Assembly: GCA_951406725.2 (NCBI GenBank)
Contig: OX597816.1
Coordinates: forward strand, 74,524,001 to 74,588,000
Reading direction: 5' to 3'
DNA length: 64,000 nucleotides
Source: Octopus vulgaris
Lineage: Eukaryota
A program made the position numbers and the translations under genes. Shown piece after piece: positions 12,868 through 27,427 of the stretch; the first letter of the stretch is position 1, and the number at the start of each line of letters is the position of its first letter. The notes beneath the pieces are model-generated. The model did not search any database, had not been told where the DNA came from, and saw only the letters and a program-made list of their open reading frames with translations.

Positions 12868-13573
12868 CTAATGGTTTTGTTAATAAACCGCCGACTTCAG
12901 AATTAAAAAAAAACAACAATTGGATGTTACAATACGCTATTCGGGGTTTAACCAAATAAGATTTTTTTTTTTTCCTGTTGGAGGTTTTGTTATTATCTTT
13001 AACTAAGTAAGAGATGTGAAAAAATACCTATTTCTTTACTGCCCACAAGGGGCTAAACATAGAGGGGACAAACAAGGACAAAGGGATTAAGTCGATTACA
13101 TCGACCCCAGTGCGTAACTGGTACTTGATTTATCGACCCCAAAAGGATGAAAGGCAAAGTTGACCTCGGCGGAATTTGAACTCAGAACGTAACGGCAGAC
13201 GAAATACCTATTTCTATTTCTTTTCTACCCACAAGGGACTAAACACAGAAGGGACAAACAAGGACAGACAAACGGATTAAGTCGATTATCGACCCCAGTG
13301 CGTAACTGGTACTTATTTAATCGACCTCGAAAGGATGAAAGGTAAAGTCGACCTCGGCGGAATTTGAACTCAGAACGTAGCGGCAGACGAAATACCGCTA
13401 AGCCTTTCGCCCGAAGCTCTAATGGTTTTGTTAATAAACCGCCGACTTCAGAATTAAAAAAAAACAACAATTGGATGTTACAATACGCTATTCGGGGTTT
13501 AACCAAATAAGATTTTTTTTTTTTTCCTGTTGGAGGTTTTGTTATTATCTTTAACTAAGTAAGAGATGTGAAA
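12868..13573. repeat. ~154-bp near-perfect direct repeat (12868-13021, 13419-13573) flanking a family-A SINE dimer
   Basis: ctaatggttttgttaataaaccgccg...gtaagagatgtgaaa occurs twice; the copies differ essentially in homopolymer length. Confidence 0.9.
13022..13417 (-). mobile_element. Family-A SINE dimer
   Basis: Two units joined by gaaatacctatttc at 13201-13214. Confidence 0.9.
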
Positions 13574-15871
13574 CAGTAACAACCAGAAATTAAACTTGTG
13601 TTTCATATCTTGTTTACCAAAAGTTCACAATTCAACAGTGTGCATCACTGTAATATATATATTTCTTCTGATTGTCTATATTTGATTCCACAAACGTTTC
13701 AAAGTTATTTTAGTTTATATACTCTTGGAAATAAAAGAGCCACTTATGTTGTTGTTTCAACGCTTCACTGATTGCTGCTGTGATTAGAAAAACAAGATTC
13801 CCAAAGCAGTGTAGAACCGCATTATTTCTGTAACATGTCAGCATCGGCTAAAACCGGATGCTGTCAGAATTTAAAATTGAACATAAAATGTATATTTCAT
13901 TTAACCGCCAGTGCCTCTCACCTTGCACGTCTACACTCGCCACAGTACTGTATGAAATGTCTTTTTCGTTGGCCTCCCAGAAGTAAACAAAGTTCTGTAT
14001 CGCAATTCCCCAGGGTTTTAATGTTTAATCTACAACAGCTTGGTTTCTGCCTCGTTGATGCTTGCTATGATAAAATAGAAACTTCTTGGAGGTTTGGTGG
14101 TTTCATTTGCGAATTTCAAATGCCGTTTGTGAAAAATGCCGCCAGCTTTACGGCTGGTTTCAAGAATGAACGTCTTGTAGTAAATTTTGTGAACAATAGG
14201 GTCATTAATTGGAAAAAAAAAGAAAAAGAAATAACTATCAACAAAATCACACGCACAAACTATGTACACGACTGTTTGAGCCGAAGCAGTATTCAAATAT
14301 AGATTAATAATAATAATCCTTTCTACTAAAGGCACAAGGTCTGAAAATTTGCGGGGAGAGGACTAGTCGATTACAGCGACCCCAGTATTTCACTGGTACT
14401 TAATTTATCGGTCCCCGAAAGGATGAAGTCGACTTCGCCAGAATTTGAACTCAAAACGTAAAGAGCCGAAACAAATACCACAAAACATTTTTTCCGATAC
14501 TCTAACGATTCTGCCAATTCGTCATACTTAATGATGATTGATTTTGATCGATTCAATTATACCGCTTTCAGTAATTGACTGGTGCTTTATTTTATCGACT
14601 CTGAAAGGTAAAATTGAGCTCTTTGGAATATGAACTCAGAACGTAAAGAATCAGAAAGTAATGCCTCAAGGCAGTTTGTTCAACGCTCATATGATGCTGC
14701 CAATTCAATAATGATTATTTTAAAAATGGGCAAAAGATTAGGAATTAGGAAGCAAAGCTGACAGTACCGCATTGGTCAGTACCGCATTTTAGAATTTATT
14801 TAACGCACCTCAGTCTGATTTATAGCATATTTTACATTGATGAGGCACAAAACCTTAACTTCATTTGTAGGAAGAGGCTACGCAGTTTTTTCTTCATAAC
14901 ATACGTGGTTTTCATGTCTTGTGAAATAAACCGACATTTGTATTTAATGGCAATCGGATCAGGAACATCGCACTCAGAGTCATTGAGATATAAAAGCCAT
15001 TACGCCGCAACAAGGACTGGACCTTGAGGTGATTTACATTTCTGACTAAACCATAAAAAGAGGAGAAAAAAAAACTTCAGTTAACAATTTACTTTTTAGC
15101 TATTAGAGGGCTAAGTCTAGAGAAATAGGTCAACGATTCTGTTTAGAGACACACTTACTGACAAAATATTTTATCTATGTCTAGTACGATCGATCCGTCG
15201 TCAGTTAGTTTCATATCTTATACACTCCCACCTCGGTAACAATAAATAAAGCTTTGCTTTTCTATTTATTCCATTTTTTGGAATCGCTAAAACTTAGACT
15301 TCTTCAAAACTAGAATTAAGGATTCGTTAATGCGATTGGTAACAAGTCTTATCTGAACTGAAAGGAAATCCTTAACAATTCTGCTAGTGTTAGTCATTGC
15401 TTTGTGTGCTGAAACCAAAAATAAGTGAAATAGTAGTACCTTTACTCAGTTCTTCAATTGTCAGAAAAGCAACAAGAACACATTATCGTAACGGACCATT
15501 ATGAAAGGCGCCAGCATGTTAAACATATTTCTCTGTAGAAATTTATACAGTCAAGCAGCATAAAAGTTCCTATTTTAATTGATACCTTCCAACAGCCGAA
15601 AAACTAATTACCATATATTTTCATACGTAGAACAGGAAATGTCTAAATATCAAATCATTTCGCAGAAAAGATTTACTAAGAAAATTGTTCTTGACTTACT
15701 ATTGAATGAAATATTCTCTGATCTTTATTGTCATTCTTTTACTGGTTTCAGGTATTGAACTAGGGCCATGCTGGGGCACTGTATTCAAGAATTTCAGTCA
15801 TTCATATCTACTTCAGGATATATTTCAGTCTGGTATTTATTTTGTCGCTACCCATTAGGTCGAAGTGTTAA

Positions 15872-16058
15872 CTCTTTCGTTACCAACCCGGCTGTTTTCC
15901 TAAGTTTCGAATTAAAATCTTCCACCAAACCTTAGTCACAATTTATATTCCTAACACTAGCTTAATGATAACCAAGTTATTTTACTAAATTCTTTGTTAT
16001 ATTTAAAATAATTGAAAGAAACACAGAGCATCTCAACAGAAATATGGTAACAAAAGGG
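15872..16058. mobile_element. piggyBac-like MITE
   Basis: TTAA-ctctttcgttacca ... tggtaacaaaaggg inverted termini; right TTAA is degenerate. Confidence 0.55.
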
Positions 16059-16559
16059 TCATCAACTAATAGTATTCTTTACAGTGCATTTGTTATTTTA
16101 AGGAACAGTGAGCGATGTTATGTCTAGACATTGTAGTAACTATGCAAGGTTGTTGTTATTATTTATCCCTAAAAACATTTAGTGTTGGAAGTATCAAAAA
16201 TCTAGTTAGAAATAATTATGCTGGGAGCAAAAGGTAACACTAATCAATTGACTAATACTTTAATCATTTCGGCAAGTATTGTAGACAGCTCCAGTTACAT
16301 TTCGGCGTGGCATAGACTTCACCGTACTTGCCAGAAAAGAGATGAGAGAATCCTTGCGCAGAGCATTTTGGGCAAGTATCTTTTACCTTGGCCTCGGGTT
16401 GACCCAAGCCTAGTGAATAAAATAAGATAGACCGAAGCTTTATAAAAGCCTGTCTGATAGACTGTACATGTAATTCAAAAGGTTGGCATTATTTCACACT
16501 GTCACGTTAGTTCTGCTGGAAGATTACTTAAAGGGTCCAAATAAGTGTCTTAATATATA

Positions 16560-16776
16560 CTCTTTTATTCATTTACTTGTTTCAGTCATTTGACTGTGGC
16601 CATGTTGGAGCACCGCCGTTAGTCGAGCAAATCGACTCCAGGACATTCTTTGTAAGCCTAGTACTTATTATATCGGTCTCTTGTGCCGAACCACTAAGTT
16701 ACAGGGACGTAAACACACCAGCATCGGTTGTCAAGCGATGTTGGGGGGAACAAACACAGACATACAAACATGTACT

Positions 16777-16818
<42 letters not shown>

Positions 16819-16957
16819 CGACGGGCTTCTTTCAGTTTCCGTCTACCAAATCCACTCACAAGGCTTTGGTCGGACCGAGGCTATAGTAGAAGGCACTTGC
16901 CCAAGGTGCCACGCAGTGGGACTGAACCCGGAACCATGTGGTTGGTAAGCAAGCTAC
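16560..16957 (-). mobile_element. Family-B SINE
   Basis: Family consensus match with internal (TA)n/(CA)n. Confidence 0.9.
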
Positions 16958-17255
16958 CTTTATTTTTTTTAAGGACTTGTAATTGACTGGATCTGAGAAC
17001 GGTGTTTCCAACTGAAGTAATTACACCGAAAGAGTCATTTTAGCCATTTCAACATGCGCACGCACGCACACGCACACGCACACACACACACACCTTAAAT
17101 TCACTTCTTATTTAGTTTTGTGGTGGGTGTCTACATTTTCGTTGCACTAATCACATCTGTGACAACGACCTAGTTGCAATACTACGATGAAAATTTTGAC
17201 ACCCCAAGAAAACGCAATTCAAAGTAGCCCTTCCACGATACAGTTGCCACTTTCT

Positions 17256-17587
17256 TCTTTGGGCCAAAATGCTAACAAATGTTTTTTAATCACGCGATCA
17301 CGTGACCGACCAGGCTATCAGATGTTGCTACACATCGCTGGTCACAATGCGCTTAGTATTGTTTTATCCTTCAAATGACGCCGCCCCGCTGGCTAAGCGA
17401 GCAGGCCAACAGAAGAAAGAGTGAGAGAAAGTTGCGGCGAAAGAGTACAGCAGGGATCGCCACCACCACCTGCCGGAGTCTCGTGGAGCTTTAGGTGTTT
17501 TCGCTCAATAAACACTCACAACGCCCGGTCTGTGAATCGACACCGCGAGTCCGCTGCCCTAATCCCTGGGCCATTGCGCCTCCACAT
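17256..17587 (-). mobile_element. Family-C SINE with tRNA-Arg-like head (possibly octopus OR-type)
   Basis: gtggaggcgcaatggcccag..gcggactcgcgg..gagcgaaaacacctaaagctccacg; homologous to 43271-43400. Confidence 0.7.
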
Positions 17588-18800
17588 GTTTGTTAATATT
17601 ACTTCAGAATAGAAGGCAGCGAGCTGGCAGAATTGTTAATACGTTAGGCAAAATGCTTAGCGGCATTTCTGAGTTCAAATTCCTCCAAGATCGAATTTGC
17701 CTTTCATGATCGATAAAATAAGTACCAGTTGGTGTAATCAACTTACCCCACCTCCGAAATTACTGGACTTGTGCTATGAAACCAATATTACTTCTGAGGA
17801 GTGTCGGATCTACGGTAGAGATTTTTTTTTTAAACTCCAGATCATCATCAGAGCAGTAGACTTATAATCAAATGTGTGATGGTTCCGGCCATGACCATTC
17901 ATACCATTTAGACATTTCAAATGTCTTCCAGTTTTTGAAGACAGGAAGTTTAAATTTGAGAAGTTAGCTGCCGTTTCTAGCATGTTATGTAACTGTGTAG
18001 AGCAGTCGTGAACAAACTACGGCTCGCAAAACTTCTGAATGACAGGCCAACGAAAAATGACCTTAAATGCTTTTAGTAGCACAGCTCACCTAATGACGAG
18101 ACGTCTCAGGCATCCCGCACTCGAAAAAGATAGTCCATACCTGAGAGGTTAGTTCGCTTTGGTATGGTACCTAGTTCGAAGTCAGTTCTGATCGAGCAGA
18201 CATATAATCATAGTCATTTCAGCTGTAACTATTCTATCTTTTAGCATGTCTAGGACTACAGTATTGAATGTGTCGTCCCTTCGTTTTTATATGATAGGAT
18301 GTGATGTAAGTGAATTTGGAGGCGCTTTTGTTTTTTTTTTTGCTGGTTTAGTAACCGCACAGAGGCTACCATATTGCATTGTTTTGGTGGAGGTAGGAAA
18401 CAGAAAATGAGATACTGAAGTCTTTTTCACAGATATTATAGGTTGTGTGAAGTAGTTACGACAAAATGAAAAGAAAACCTGACCAGAACTTTCTCTGAAA
18501 GGAAGAAGATCGATAAGAAATCTGTGTAATCAAGAATTCTATAAAGATCACGAAGTGCATAGCTACGACAAATTACTAAAGAAGTCTACTTGAGATATCC
18601 ACTGTCATTTCAGTGTGGACTCTTCGAATACTGTTTCTACCACAGACTCGGACCGAACTAAACCTTGTGAGTGAAATTAGAGACGGAAGCTGTGTGGAAA
18701 CATATGGTATGGACTCAATCTATAATTCAAAGAGCTAGATTTTGTTTATTTTTCAGTCAGGAGAGAAGGTAGGGCTTTCCAGACTGGTGAGATGAAAGGC

Positions 18801-18937
18801 GAGAAGTATCATCAATCCGAAAGCCTGACCTAAACTCTTACAGCAGAGTGGACAAAGGACTCCAAAGGAGAGAAGTATCATCAATCCGGAAGCCTGACCT
18901 AAACTCTTGCAGCAGAGTGAGAAATGGACACCAAAGG
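18801..18937. repeat. 69-bp tandem duplication (2 copies)
   Basis: gagaagtatcatcaatccg(a/g)aagcctgacctaaactctt(a/g)cagcagagtg starts at 18801 and 18870. Confidence 0.9.
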
Positions 18938-19279
18938 TGTCGCGGAATGGTGCTAAAATGGGATGGATTAATTCTACCACCCAAGTTTACCACCGTGGGA
19001 TTTGAATTGAGAATGCAAAGCAAGGAGAAACATGCTGGAAGGTATCTCATCTGACGTTCTTACAGTCCCACCAGTCCAATATATTGGATTGGTACTTTTA
19101 GTTTCGATTTCGAAGGGATGGAAAACAAAGTTGATCAAGGTAAGATTTGAACTCAGAACGCAGAGTCGAAGCAAACACTGAAAAGCATTGTACTCGACGC
19201 TCTTACAACTGCTAATTCGCAGTCATACACTGTGTTTGAACTTCAATCATGAATATTCAGGCACTTATAGTTCTTCCTA

Positions 19280-19775
19280 ATTTTGGCAGAATGCCAACTA
19301 TTTTGAATGGAGTCGGCAAGTCGATTGCATTAACTCCACTACTTGACTGGTTCGTATTTTCTCGATCCCGAAAGGCTGAAAAGCAAAGTTGATCTCAGCA
19401 GAATTTGAACTCATAACGTAATCAGCCAAAAGAAACACTGCTAAGCTTTTTGTCCAACACCTCAATGATTCTTATTTCTTTATTGCCCACAAGGATGAAA
19501 GGCAAAGTCGACCTCGGCGGAATTTGAACTCAAAACATAACAGCTGACGAAATACCTATTTCTTTACTACCCACAAGGGGCTAAACACAAAAAGGACAAA
19601 CAAGGATAGACAAACGGATTAAGTCGACTATATCGACCCCAGTGCGTAACTGCTACCCCGAAAGGATGAAAGGCAAAGTCGACCTCGGCGGAATTTGAAC
19701 TCAGAACGTAGCGGCAGACGAAATACCGCTAAGCATTTCGCCAAGCGTGCCGACGATTCTGCCAGGTCGCCGCCT
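19280..19775 (-). mobile_element. Family-A SINE array (young units joined to an older diverged copy)
   Basis: Junctions gaaatacctatttc (19549-19562) and tgattcttatttc (~19466-19478). Confidence 0.85.
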
Positions 19776-19879
19776 TAGCCACTTACATACATTATGATAT
19801 AATGACTACGTAGTTCCGTTTATGGATCAGCTGGAATACTCGCCGCCGTAAGCTGCGAAGGCGTACCATATAGGTAACT

Positions 19880-20200
19880 TATACAATAACCAAGTTTAGA
19901 CATTCATAAGATGCCACAGGTGCTAGACTTCACAATCACTAACTATATCTTTCACTACAAAACCACATGTATAGCATTGCCAAAACGGCATTGTAAACAC
20001 TTGAATTTCTTACAGCTCATTTTTCCCGGATGTCAGTCTATAAAAGCTGTATAGCTGAACTTCACCTACGTTAACCTCAGAAATTTGGGAGGTCAACATG
20101 AATGATACCCAACGGAAACACTTTAGCTTCTATGACTAGTACTGACTAAGTAACTCCCGTAACTTCACCCAGTGATCCCAACTCCTCAACGAGAATCTGC
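19880..20200 (-). mobile_element. Possible degraded RTE-like LINE fragment
   Basis: Weak GWVK(F)RELL..K.FPL-like remnant, by eye only. Confidence 0.35.
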
Positions 20201-20477
20201 TGAGTATAATTTATAGCTTAAACATAAGGCCACAAAATTGGTGGTGCGATATAATCGATTACAATCGCCAGCTCCAAAGGGAATAAATGCGAAGTCAACA
20301 ATGACAGGATTAAAAGTCAGAACGTAAAGAAACATTATTAAATACTGTGAGGCATTTAATCTTCCTCTCTTCAGATTTTAGCTACTCATCGCCTTTTTTT
20401 TAAAAACCAACAAAGACGATGTTCTAACATTAGCATTAGACTATATTTGGAGGAACAATGTAGTCGATTAAGATAAT

Positions 20478-20716
20478 GGGCGGCGAGCTGGCAGAAACGT
20501 TAGCACGCCGGGCGAAATGCGTAGCCGTATTTCGTCTGCCGTTACGTTGTGAGTTCAAATTCCGTCGAGGTCGACTTTGCCTTTCATCCTTTCGGGGTCG
20601 ATAAATTAAGTACCAGTTACGAACTGGGGTCGATATAATCGACTTAATACCTATGTCTGTCCTTGTTTGTCCCCTCTATGTTTAGCCCCTTGTGGGTAAT
20701 AAAGAAATAGGTATTT
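20478..20716 (+). mobile_element. Family-A SINE, young full-length monomer
   Basis: ggcggcgagctggcagaaacgttagc...ccccttgtgggtaataaagaaataggtattt. Confidence 0.92.
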
Positions 20717-22914
20717 ATGTTACTGATTATCATAACGATAAAAGACAAATTAATGTCCGCGGAATTTGAATTCAAAAAATTACTCTGCCACTCATTGCCT
20801 TTCTAAGACATTGTAGCGAGACTCGAAACCGAGTCGTCGAATAACGAAGTTAAAGTCATGACATAACAACGGCTTTTTCATGTTATTGGCCAATCAGCAG
20901 CCAGACATCATGCGGTAAATCACTCTATATCCTTCAGGAACTTTACCCCTACAAGGGTTATATAAAGGCTACTTTTAACGCCAATTTTCAGAGTACGTGG
21001 TAACCTGCTACGCACGCGCACACACACTCTCACTCTCTCTCTCTCTCTCTCTCGTCTTTATAATAGTCGTGTACACGACTTTCTGCTCAGCTTGGATATG
21101 TTGATTTAGCTGGCCGAAATGAATCTACCGCGTCTTGACAAACCTCAATGCAGAGCTTTTGTTATCAACTAATTATGAATGCTGCTACAGAACCATTCCT
21201 TCAGCTGTGTTGACTTGATGTCGAAACTTTATAATTCATGACCAACTTAAAAAATTACTCGTCTAGTGAAATAAAATTTACTTGTATATGTTCGTTTGGT
21301 GTTATACCATTCACAGGTAGCCTCACGCGCATATAACCAACAAGCTACGCCATCAATAAATGAAAAAGAACATGGTTCTCGTAAAATTAACACCAATCTT
21401 ATTCTTTTTGGCTTTAAATATGTTTTATGATGTAGTTTGGTTTTCTGACAAATGTTACTTTATTAACAACAGAAGTATATTATTTCTCTCAGATGATAAG
21501 TGCACATAAATACATATTTATAAATGAATATATAATCGCTTGGGGTGCTTGCTTGACAAGGTTCACTTCTAATGTTTTCTTGAAGCCAAAGAAGATTCCT
21601 ATGCACGGTCTGCTAGAAATAGCAGCGAGATCATTAAAATCATACCCTACTATCTTTTAACTTTATCTTTTATTTGTTTCAGTTATTAGACTGCGGCCAT
21701 GCGGGGTGCCTCCTTAAGGGGTTTAGCTGAACAAATCGACCTCAGTACATTTTTAAAGTCTGGTATTTATTCTATCGGTTTCTTTTTGCTAAACCGTTAA
21801 TTTACGGTGACGTAAACAAACCAACACTGGCTGTCAAGCTATGATTGGGGTCAAATACATACGCACACATAATGAAGATGCTGGCTAATGTAATCCTGAA
21901 TATATATAAAAAAAAAGGCGAGATGATCAGGTTTAGAACGCCTTTGATCATAGGCTTGTTCAGAGTGAATCTAGGGATAAAGTACGACGTCAATAATAAA
22001 ACCAATTTTGTTTATAATTAAGTCTATGCAGGGGCACTACAATGAAGGACTTGGTAAGTTCAGATCGACCCCAATACACACACACACCGCAATGTAAGAG
22101 CTGTAAAGTATACCAAAATATATTCTATATAGTGCAAGCATTATCTGATACGTTGGGTAGAAATGGCATGTGTTCATTACATCAGAAGTTGACATTCCGC
22201 TTTGAGTTTTGTTCTATGGTGGACCGATTTACGACAGCTACGAACAACCCAGCCTCAGCCAAGTTGATATAAATACACGCATATATACGGTTGACCGCCA
22301 AGTTTTGATATAAATGCACGCATATACACGGTTTAGTATAAGGAAGAAAGGTAGTGCTTTCCTAGGCAGCGTTTGTGGCTGAGTAGGGGAAGTAGTCCTC
22401 AGACTGGATACTGCGCAATTTTCTGTAATTATTTTTAAAAGAAGTCACCCAATTCAAAATTATCTTGTTGATGTAATAAATCAAATGTTCCTTATTCATT
22501 TACAAAATACAGCAACAGAGTAGCTAATTATAGTCTCTGGTTTGGTGTTTAGTAATTTCCTGGTTGAGGAAGCTTACAGATATACCATAAGATAATTCTA
22601 AATGAATGTCTTAGCACAAAGTAAGAAATTGTGTTTATAAAAACGTTTTTAACTGCCAGTTTTTTTAACTGTCAACATTGATAAAATATTATGCCTGACA
22701 ATATCAAATACAGCCCTTAGATTGCTGTCGTTGTTCCAACGAAGGTCAATGTCGATTTATTGGGCCTATGATCGAAGACATTCCAACAGTGACCATCCAA
22801 CGAATCTAGCATTATTTTGTTCTTTTCTGTCTTCCCTTTTAATGAAATTTGGTTGTGATACAAGGACTATTTGGTAGCTTGTTCTTGTTAATTAACCCCT
22901 AAGTCAGCTCTGAG

Positions 22915-23315
22915 CAGTGCTGGATTAGTCATTAAGCAAAACAAGCATGTGCTTCGGGCATCAAAGAAAGGGGGCACTAGAAAAATGGTAAATAGTTTAC
23001 GGCACAAAAGAAATCACTTTAAACTTGCCAAAATAATATTTGAAGTGGTCTATCTATGTGATCGGAAATATAATTTTGAATTATTCATACTGTCATGAGA
23101 ATCTGATCAAAGATTTTGCAGTTAAAAAAGAGAAAAACTTTTCAAATATAAATGGATTGGAAGTATACGAACATTATTTTCTATCTCACTAAGTTTTGTT
23201 TCATTTTGAAAAATAAATTCTTCTATGGTTTATTATTGTTTAAATTTTGAATTATATACGGGTGTCAAAATCTTTTAAGTGCTTAAGGCCTCTATCGGTC
23301 TCTTATCCGGCCCTA
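22915..23315. mobile_element. hAT-like MITE (degenerate)
   Basis: Imperfect termini cagtgctggatta and ttatccggcccta; no clear TSD. Confidence 0.45.
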
Positions 23316-23869
23316 GCTGCAACATTCCAACCGAAACCATCTCGTCTTTTTATATATGTAGTACTGCATTGCCCAATGTGAAACTAGGATGATTTGTTTT
23401 CTATTTCGAACTGATTGAGAAGCCCTCTATATTAGAACTTCCTAGTGAGTTTGTATGGCCCCTATATAATAAATAAGGTATCTGTTTTCTAAAATATTTT
23501 AACATTTCTTGCATGACTACAGTCTTATCAGTTGAATCCGTCTCTATTTTTCTGTTACTTAAATCATTTATTTTCATAAACCATCGAGGAAACTCTGCAT
23601 GGTAAAGCATCTTGCTAAAAATAGCAGCCAAATTACCCTTAATAAGCCCGGATGTACTGGATAATGCAGATATATATCTGCATTAAAAACATGGGGTAGT
23701 CACAGCTGGAGCGTCTTTTGTCATGAGACTTGGTCGATTACAACTGACTATGGCAAAGCAAAAACAACTATCTCTTTTAAATTTGGGCATATTCCAACGT
23801 AAATTCAACCTACCTGTTAATACACTGTCTCTAATCCTCTAGGGATTGATAAGATAGTAATTATTATCC

Positions 23870-24400
23870 AATTAGTAATAATTGATTTGGCCAGGTATGA
23901 GCTATGTTCCAGCATATGTGCCAGATTTCGACCAACAAGCAACAGCACTGCACATAAGACTTTAAAATGCAAGAGCTCTGCCAAAAGTTCTGTATAGCAG
24001 TGAAACATGGAAAATGACTGCAAAAGTTGCCAAAAATCTAATGACATTCAGCTAATGATGCTTATAGACGATCCTCAAAATTACGTCAAGGTTTCGTTTA
24101 GCGGGTTATATTTTGCGCCTGCTAGCAGCTCGGTGTACAAAAATTGCAAGGAGATGAAAACAGGAAAAGGGGCCGATCCTAGAACATTTGGCACTGAAAA
24201 TTCCAGGAAACCCTCAAATATACAAGGACCAGTTGGATAAAAGCGGACAGAACTGCGGCAGATTTACAATAATGCAAGATCTAAGACTAAACACTAATAT
24301 TAGAGTGGATATAATCGATAGTGCTTCCTCTGGAAGCATACGGCTTATGTAAGAAATCAATACTACAAGGAATTTTATAGCGGCGCAGAGGAAGCATCTA
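23870..24400 (+). mobile_element. RTE-like LINE ORF2 C-terminal remnant
   Basis: HIRL*NARALPKVLYSSETWKMTAKVAKNL..CL*TILKI resembles the RTE LLYGSETW..CLRRILKI motif. Confidence 0.65.
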
Positions 24401-24882
24401 GGACAGAATATCTCCAGAGCAATTAATCGAAGTTAGACTGATTGGCAGAATCATTAGAGAGACTGGAAAATGCCCAAGTTTGTTATGGCCATTAGGATTA
24501 TTGAACTTAAATCATTCCAGAGTCATCTTTCATCTTTTCAAGAATCGATAAAATACATTATAGTCAAGTACTGGATATCCATTTAACGGTCTTGTGTCAA
24601 TGTTAGAAATCAAAACTTGTAATCAGAATGGGAGAAAATCAGCACACAAGAACGGTAGAAAGAAAATTGGATCATGACTCGGGAGTCTTTGCATCAAACT
24701 AACAGCAGTCTAATACTTTAAAAGGCTTCTTAAACAAAACAAATCTGCAGGGTTTAGAAACCCCAAGATACTTTATATACACGTTAGTCATACCATTTTG
24801 TACTTGCCTTTAACTGAAAAGACTGGGAAGAGGACGACACCGGGCAAAGCTAAATCTATGAAGAGAAATTTTTTTTTACCAA

Positions 24883-25262
24883 AGCGTAGGAGTGGCTGTG
24901 TGTTAAGTAGCTTGCTTACCAACCACATGGTTCCGGATTCGGTCCCACTGCGTGGCATCTTGGGCAAATGTCTTCTACTATAGCCTCGGGCCGATCAAAG
25001 CCTTGTGAGTAGATTTGGTAGACGGAAACTGAAAGCCCGTTGTATATATGTATACATACATACATTCATATATATATGTATATATATATATGTATGTATG
25101 TATATATATGTATGTATGTATATATATGTATGTATGTATGTATGTGTTTCTGTGTTTGCCCCCCCCCCCCCCACATCACCTGACAACCGATGCTGGGGTC
25201 GATTTGCTCGACTAAAGGCGGTGCTCCAGCATGGCCACAGTCAAATGACTGCAATAAAAGTA
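24883..25262 (+). mobile_element. Family-B SINE with compound microsatellite and internal deletion
   Basis: Head gcgtaggagtggctgtgtg, (TATG)n/(TA)n tract, family tail. Confidence 0.85.
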
Positions 25263-25322
25263 AGATTTCACACTAAATTACCGATGTGAGTCGCTTGCTA
25301 TCGCGTGGGGGATCTCCTACAC

Positions 25323-25647
25323 CAGGGGTTCTCAACCATTATTTCCTATTTTATTCTGGTGGACCCTAATAGCCATTCGATGCTTAAAAATTAGTTTTAT
25401 AGAAATTTCTTCAAAATTTCTATTTGGCTTTTAACACATTAACTTGTGTAGGTTGAACTACGTAACATGTTAGAAGAAACCCAGCTGTTTCTTGCCATAG
25501 ATACCAATACATACATTTTAAAGCAATTTTTTTCAGGGGTACTTAAAATACTATTGTGGATCCCCAATTTGCTATTTTGTGGTGTGGATCCCACAAAATC
25601 TTATATGGAACCTCATGAGCCATATGGACCCCAATTGAGAACCATTA
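25323..25647. mobile_element. hAT-type MITE with 8-bp TSD
   Basis: TIRs caggggttctcaac and attgagaaccatta. TSD tcctacac at 25315-25322 and 25648-25655. Confidence 0.85.
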
Positions 25648-27427
25648 TCCTACACCAATGAAAAAACCCACCAAATGAGCCAACGTGAGCACTTTTACGT
25701 GAGACAGAGATTTGGCTACTAAAAGCAGCAGTTAAATCAGCCTCACACCATCTTAAAAGTTAGAAAGATACATTAATGTAATCCTGGATCATTGGTCTAA
25801 CTGATGGGATTGGGCAAGGCTGGTTTGCAGCAACAACAACGTCAGTATTCATTCTGGTATTTTGATTTCAGTAAAGTCTGTTATAATTATCTTTTACTAA
25901 CAACTGCTAAACCGTAGACAAACGTGAGAGCTGGAGAGAGAAAGGTAAAATAGATTTATATGTATGGCGCCTATCTTGTTTCAGTCATTGGCCTACGAAC
26001 CATGCCAGGACACCACCTTGAAGGAGTGTTAGTCGAACAAATCGACTTCAGTATCTGAACCGCTAAGTTAAGGGGTGTGTTACAAGAATGAAAAAAAAAT
26101 GACCAGCGCCGGTTGCAAGCGGTGTGGGGAGGCAAACAAAAAAGGCGCACACCCAGTTTCCGACTACTAAATTCACTCACAAAGCATTGGTCGGCCCGGA
26201 GCTATAGGAGAAAACATTTGCCCTAGGTGTTGCGCAACGGGCCTGAACCCCAAACCAATTGGTTGCAAAGTGAGCTTTATAACTACATAGACATCTCTGT
26301 GCCTATGTGAAATACGCGTGTTTGGTAATATAAATCTGGTGGATTCAGTCAATCTCTCTCTCTCTCTCTGTCTAAACACAGCTGATGTCTGAGGGAGAAG
26401 AAAAAATTATTCGTTGATTTACCATCTCCTGTTTGCTTATTTATTGGAATTTTGATTGTTTATTAGAGCTGTGTTTAATTATCCAGATGTTGAGGGGAAT
26501 ATTTCTTGCTATGCATTATACATCGTGCTCTGAATATTCGTTTAATTCTGCTATTCATATTATGCGAGATGTTAATTATATATATTCATGCGAATAGGGA
26601 TTCTTTTCTTATTGACAAGGCCGAAAAGCAATACGAATCTGTGAAGGGAATAAGTTGAATAAAATGTTGGCCTCAGTGCGATTTGAACTCAGCACGCATA
26701 GAACCTGAACGAATAGCACAATGTAGTGTATCAAATGCTCTAAAATCTCTGCGAGATATTGCAAAACCTACATTGCACAGAGTAGAATTCCACTCCGTCA
26801 GGAACATCTGGGAAATTGTTACTGACATTCAAATCTCCAAACGTGAAACTAATTCCACATAAGTATACGCTCATATAACAGTGATATGTACAAAGTACCG
26901 CTGTTACTAGGAGAATTTTGCTTCTCTTTCCCCAACAATATCTTTTTGGAATCATTTAAATGTCACAATATTTCATTTTCCTTGCCTAAAAACATCGAAT
27001 CAGAAGGAAACACCATTTCTTAAGTAAGAGGTAGGGATTGTAGAAGTGAGCGAAATTTCCGTATGACAAATTAACCGGTTTTAGTTCCCAATTAGTGTTA
27101 CTTCATTTTACAAACATAGTTAATGCCTCGAATAAAGGCACGGCCATCATAGCTTCTATTATAAACATTTACCTATGTATTAGTCAGGAAGCTTCTAAAT
27201 GGTTGCGTAACCTGTAAGATATAGCAATTAAATCTCATGTCAAGCAACACGGCTTTAAAAATGAAGCAAACGCTGATGTATTCCTAGATAAACTAATCCC
27301 GAAAGCAAGACGTGTGAAGGTGCAGAGAGCCTTTGATCATGAACATCAATTACGACTACTGCACTATTATTGACCGATTTTATATTTGTGGGGGGAAAAA
27401 AGATATAATTAGATATAAATAACTCAC

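Noticed and set aside
16577-16986. ORFs such as MFQSFDCGHAGAPPLVEQID..., ...YIYIYI...RRASFSFRLPNPLTRLWS (also 6293, 9276, 11975, 40558, 60718, 61051)
   Set aside because: They are translations of family-B SINE and microsatellite sequence, not genes.
26740-26955. 71-aa minus-strand ORF between the SEA exons
   Set aside because: No good splice sites or homology; the flanking exons already join in frame.
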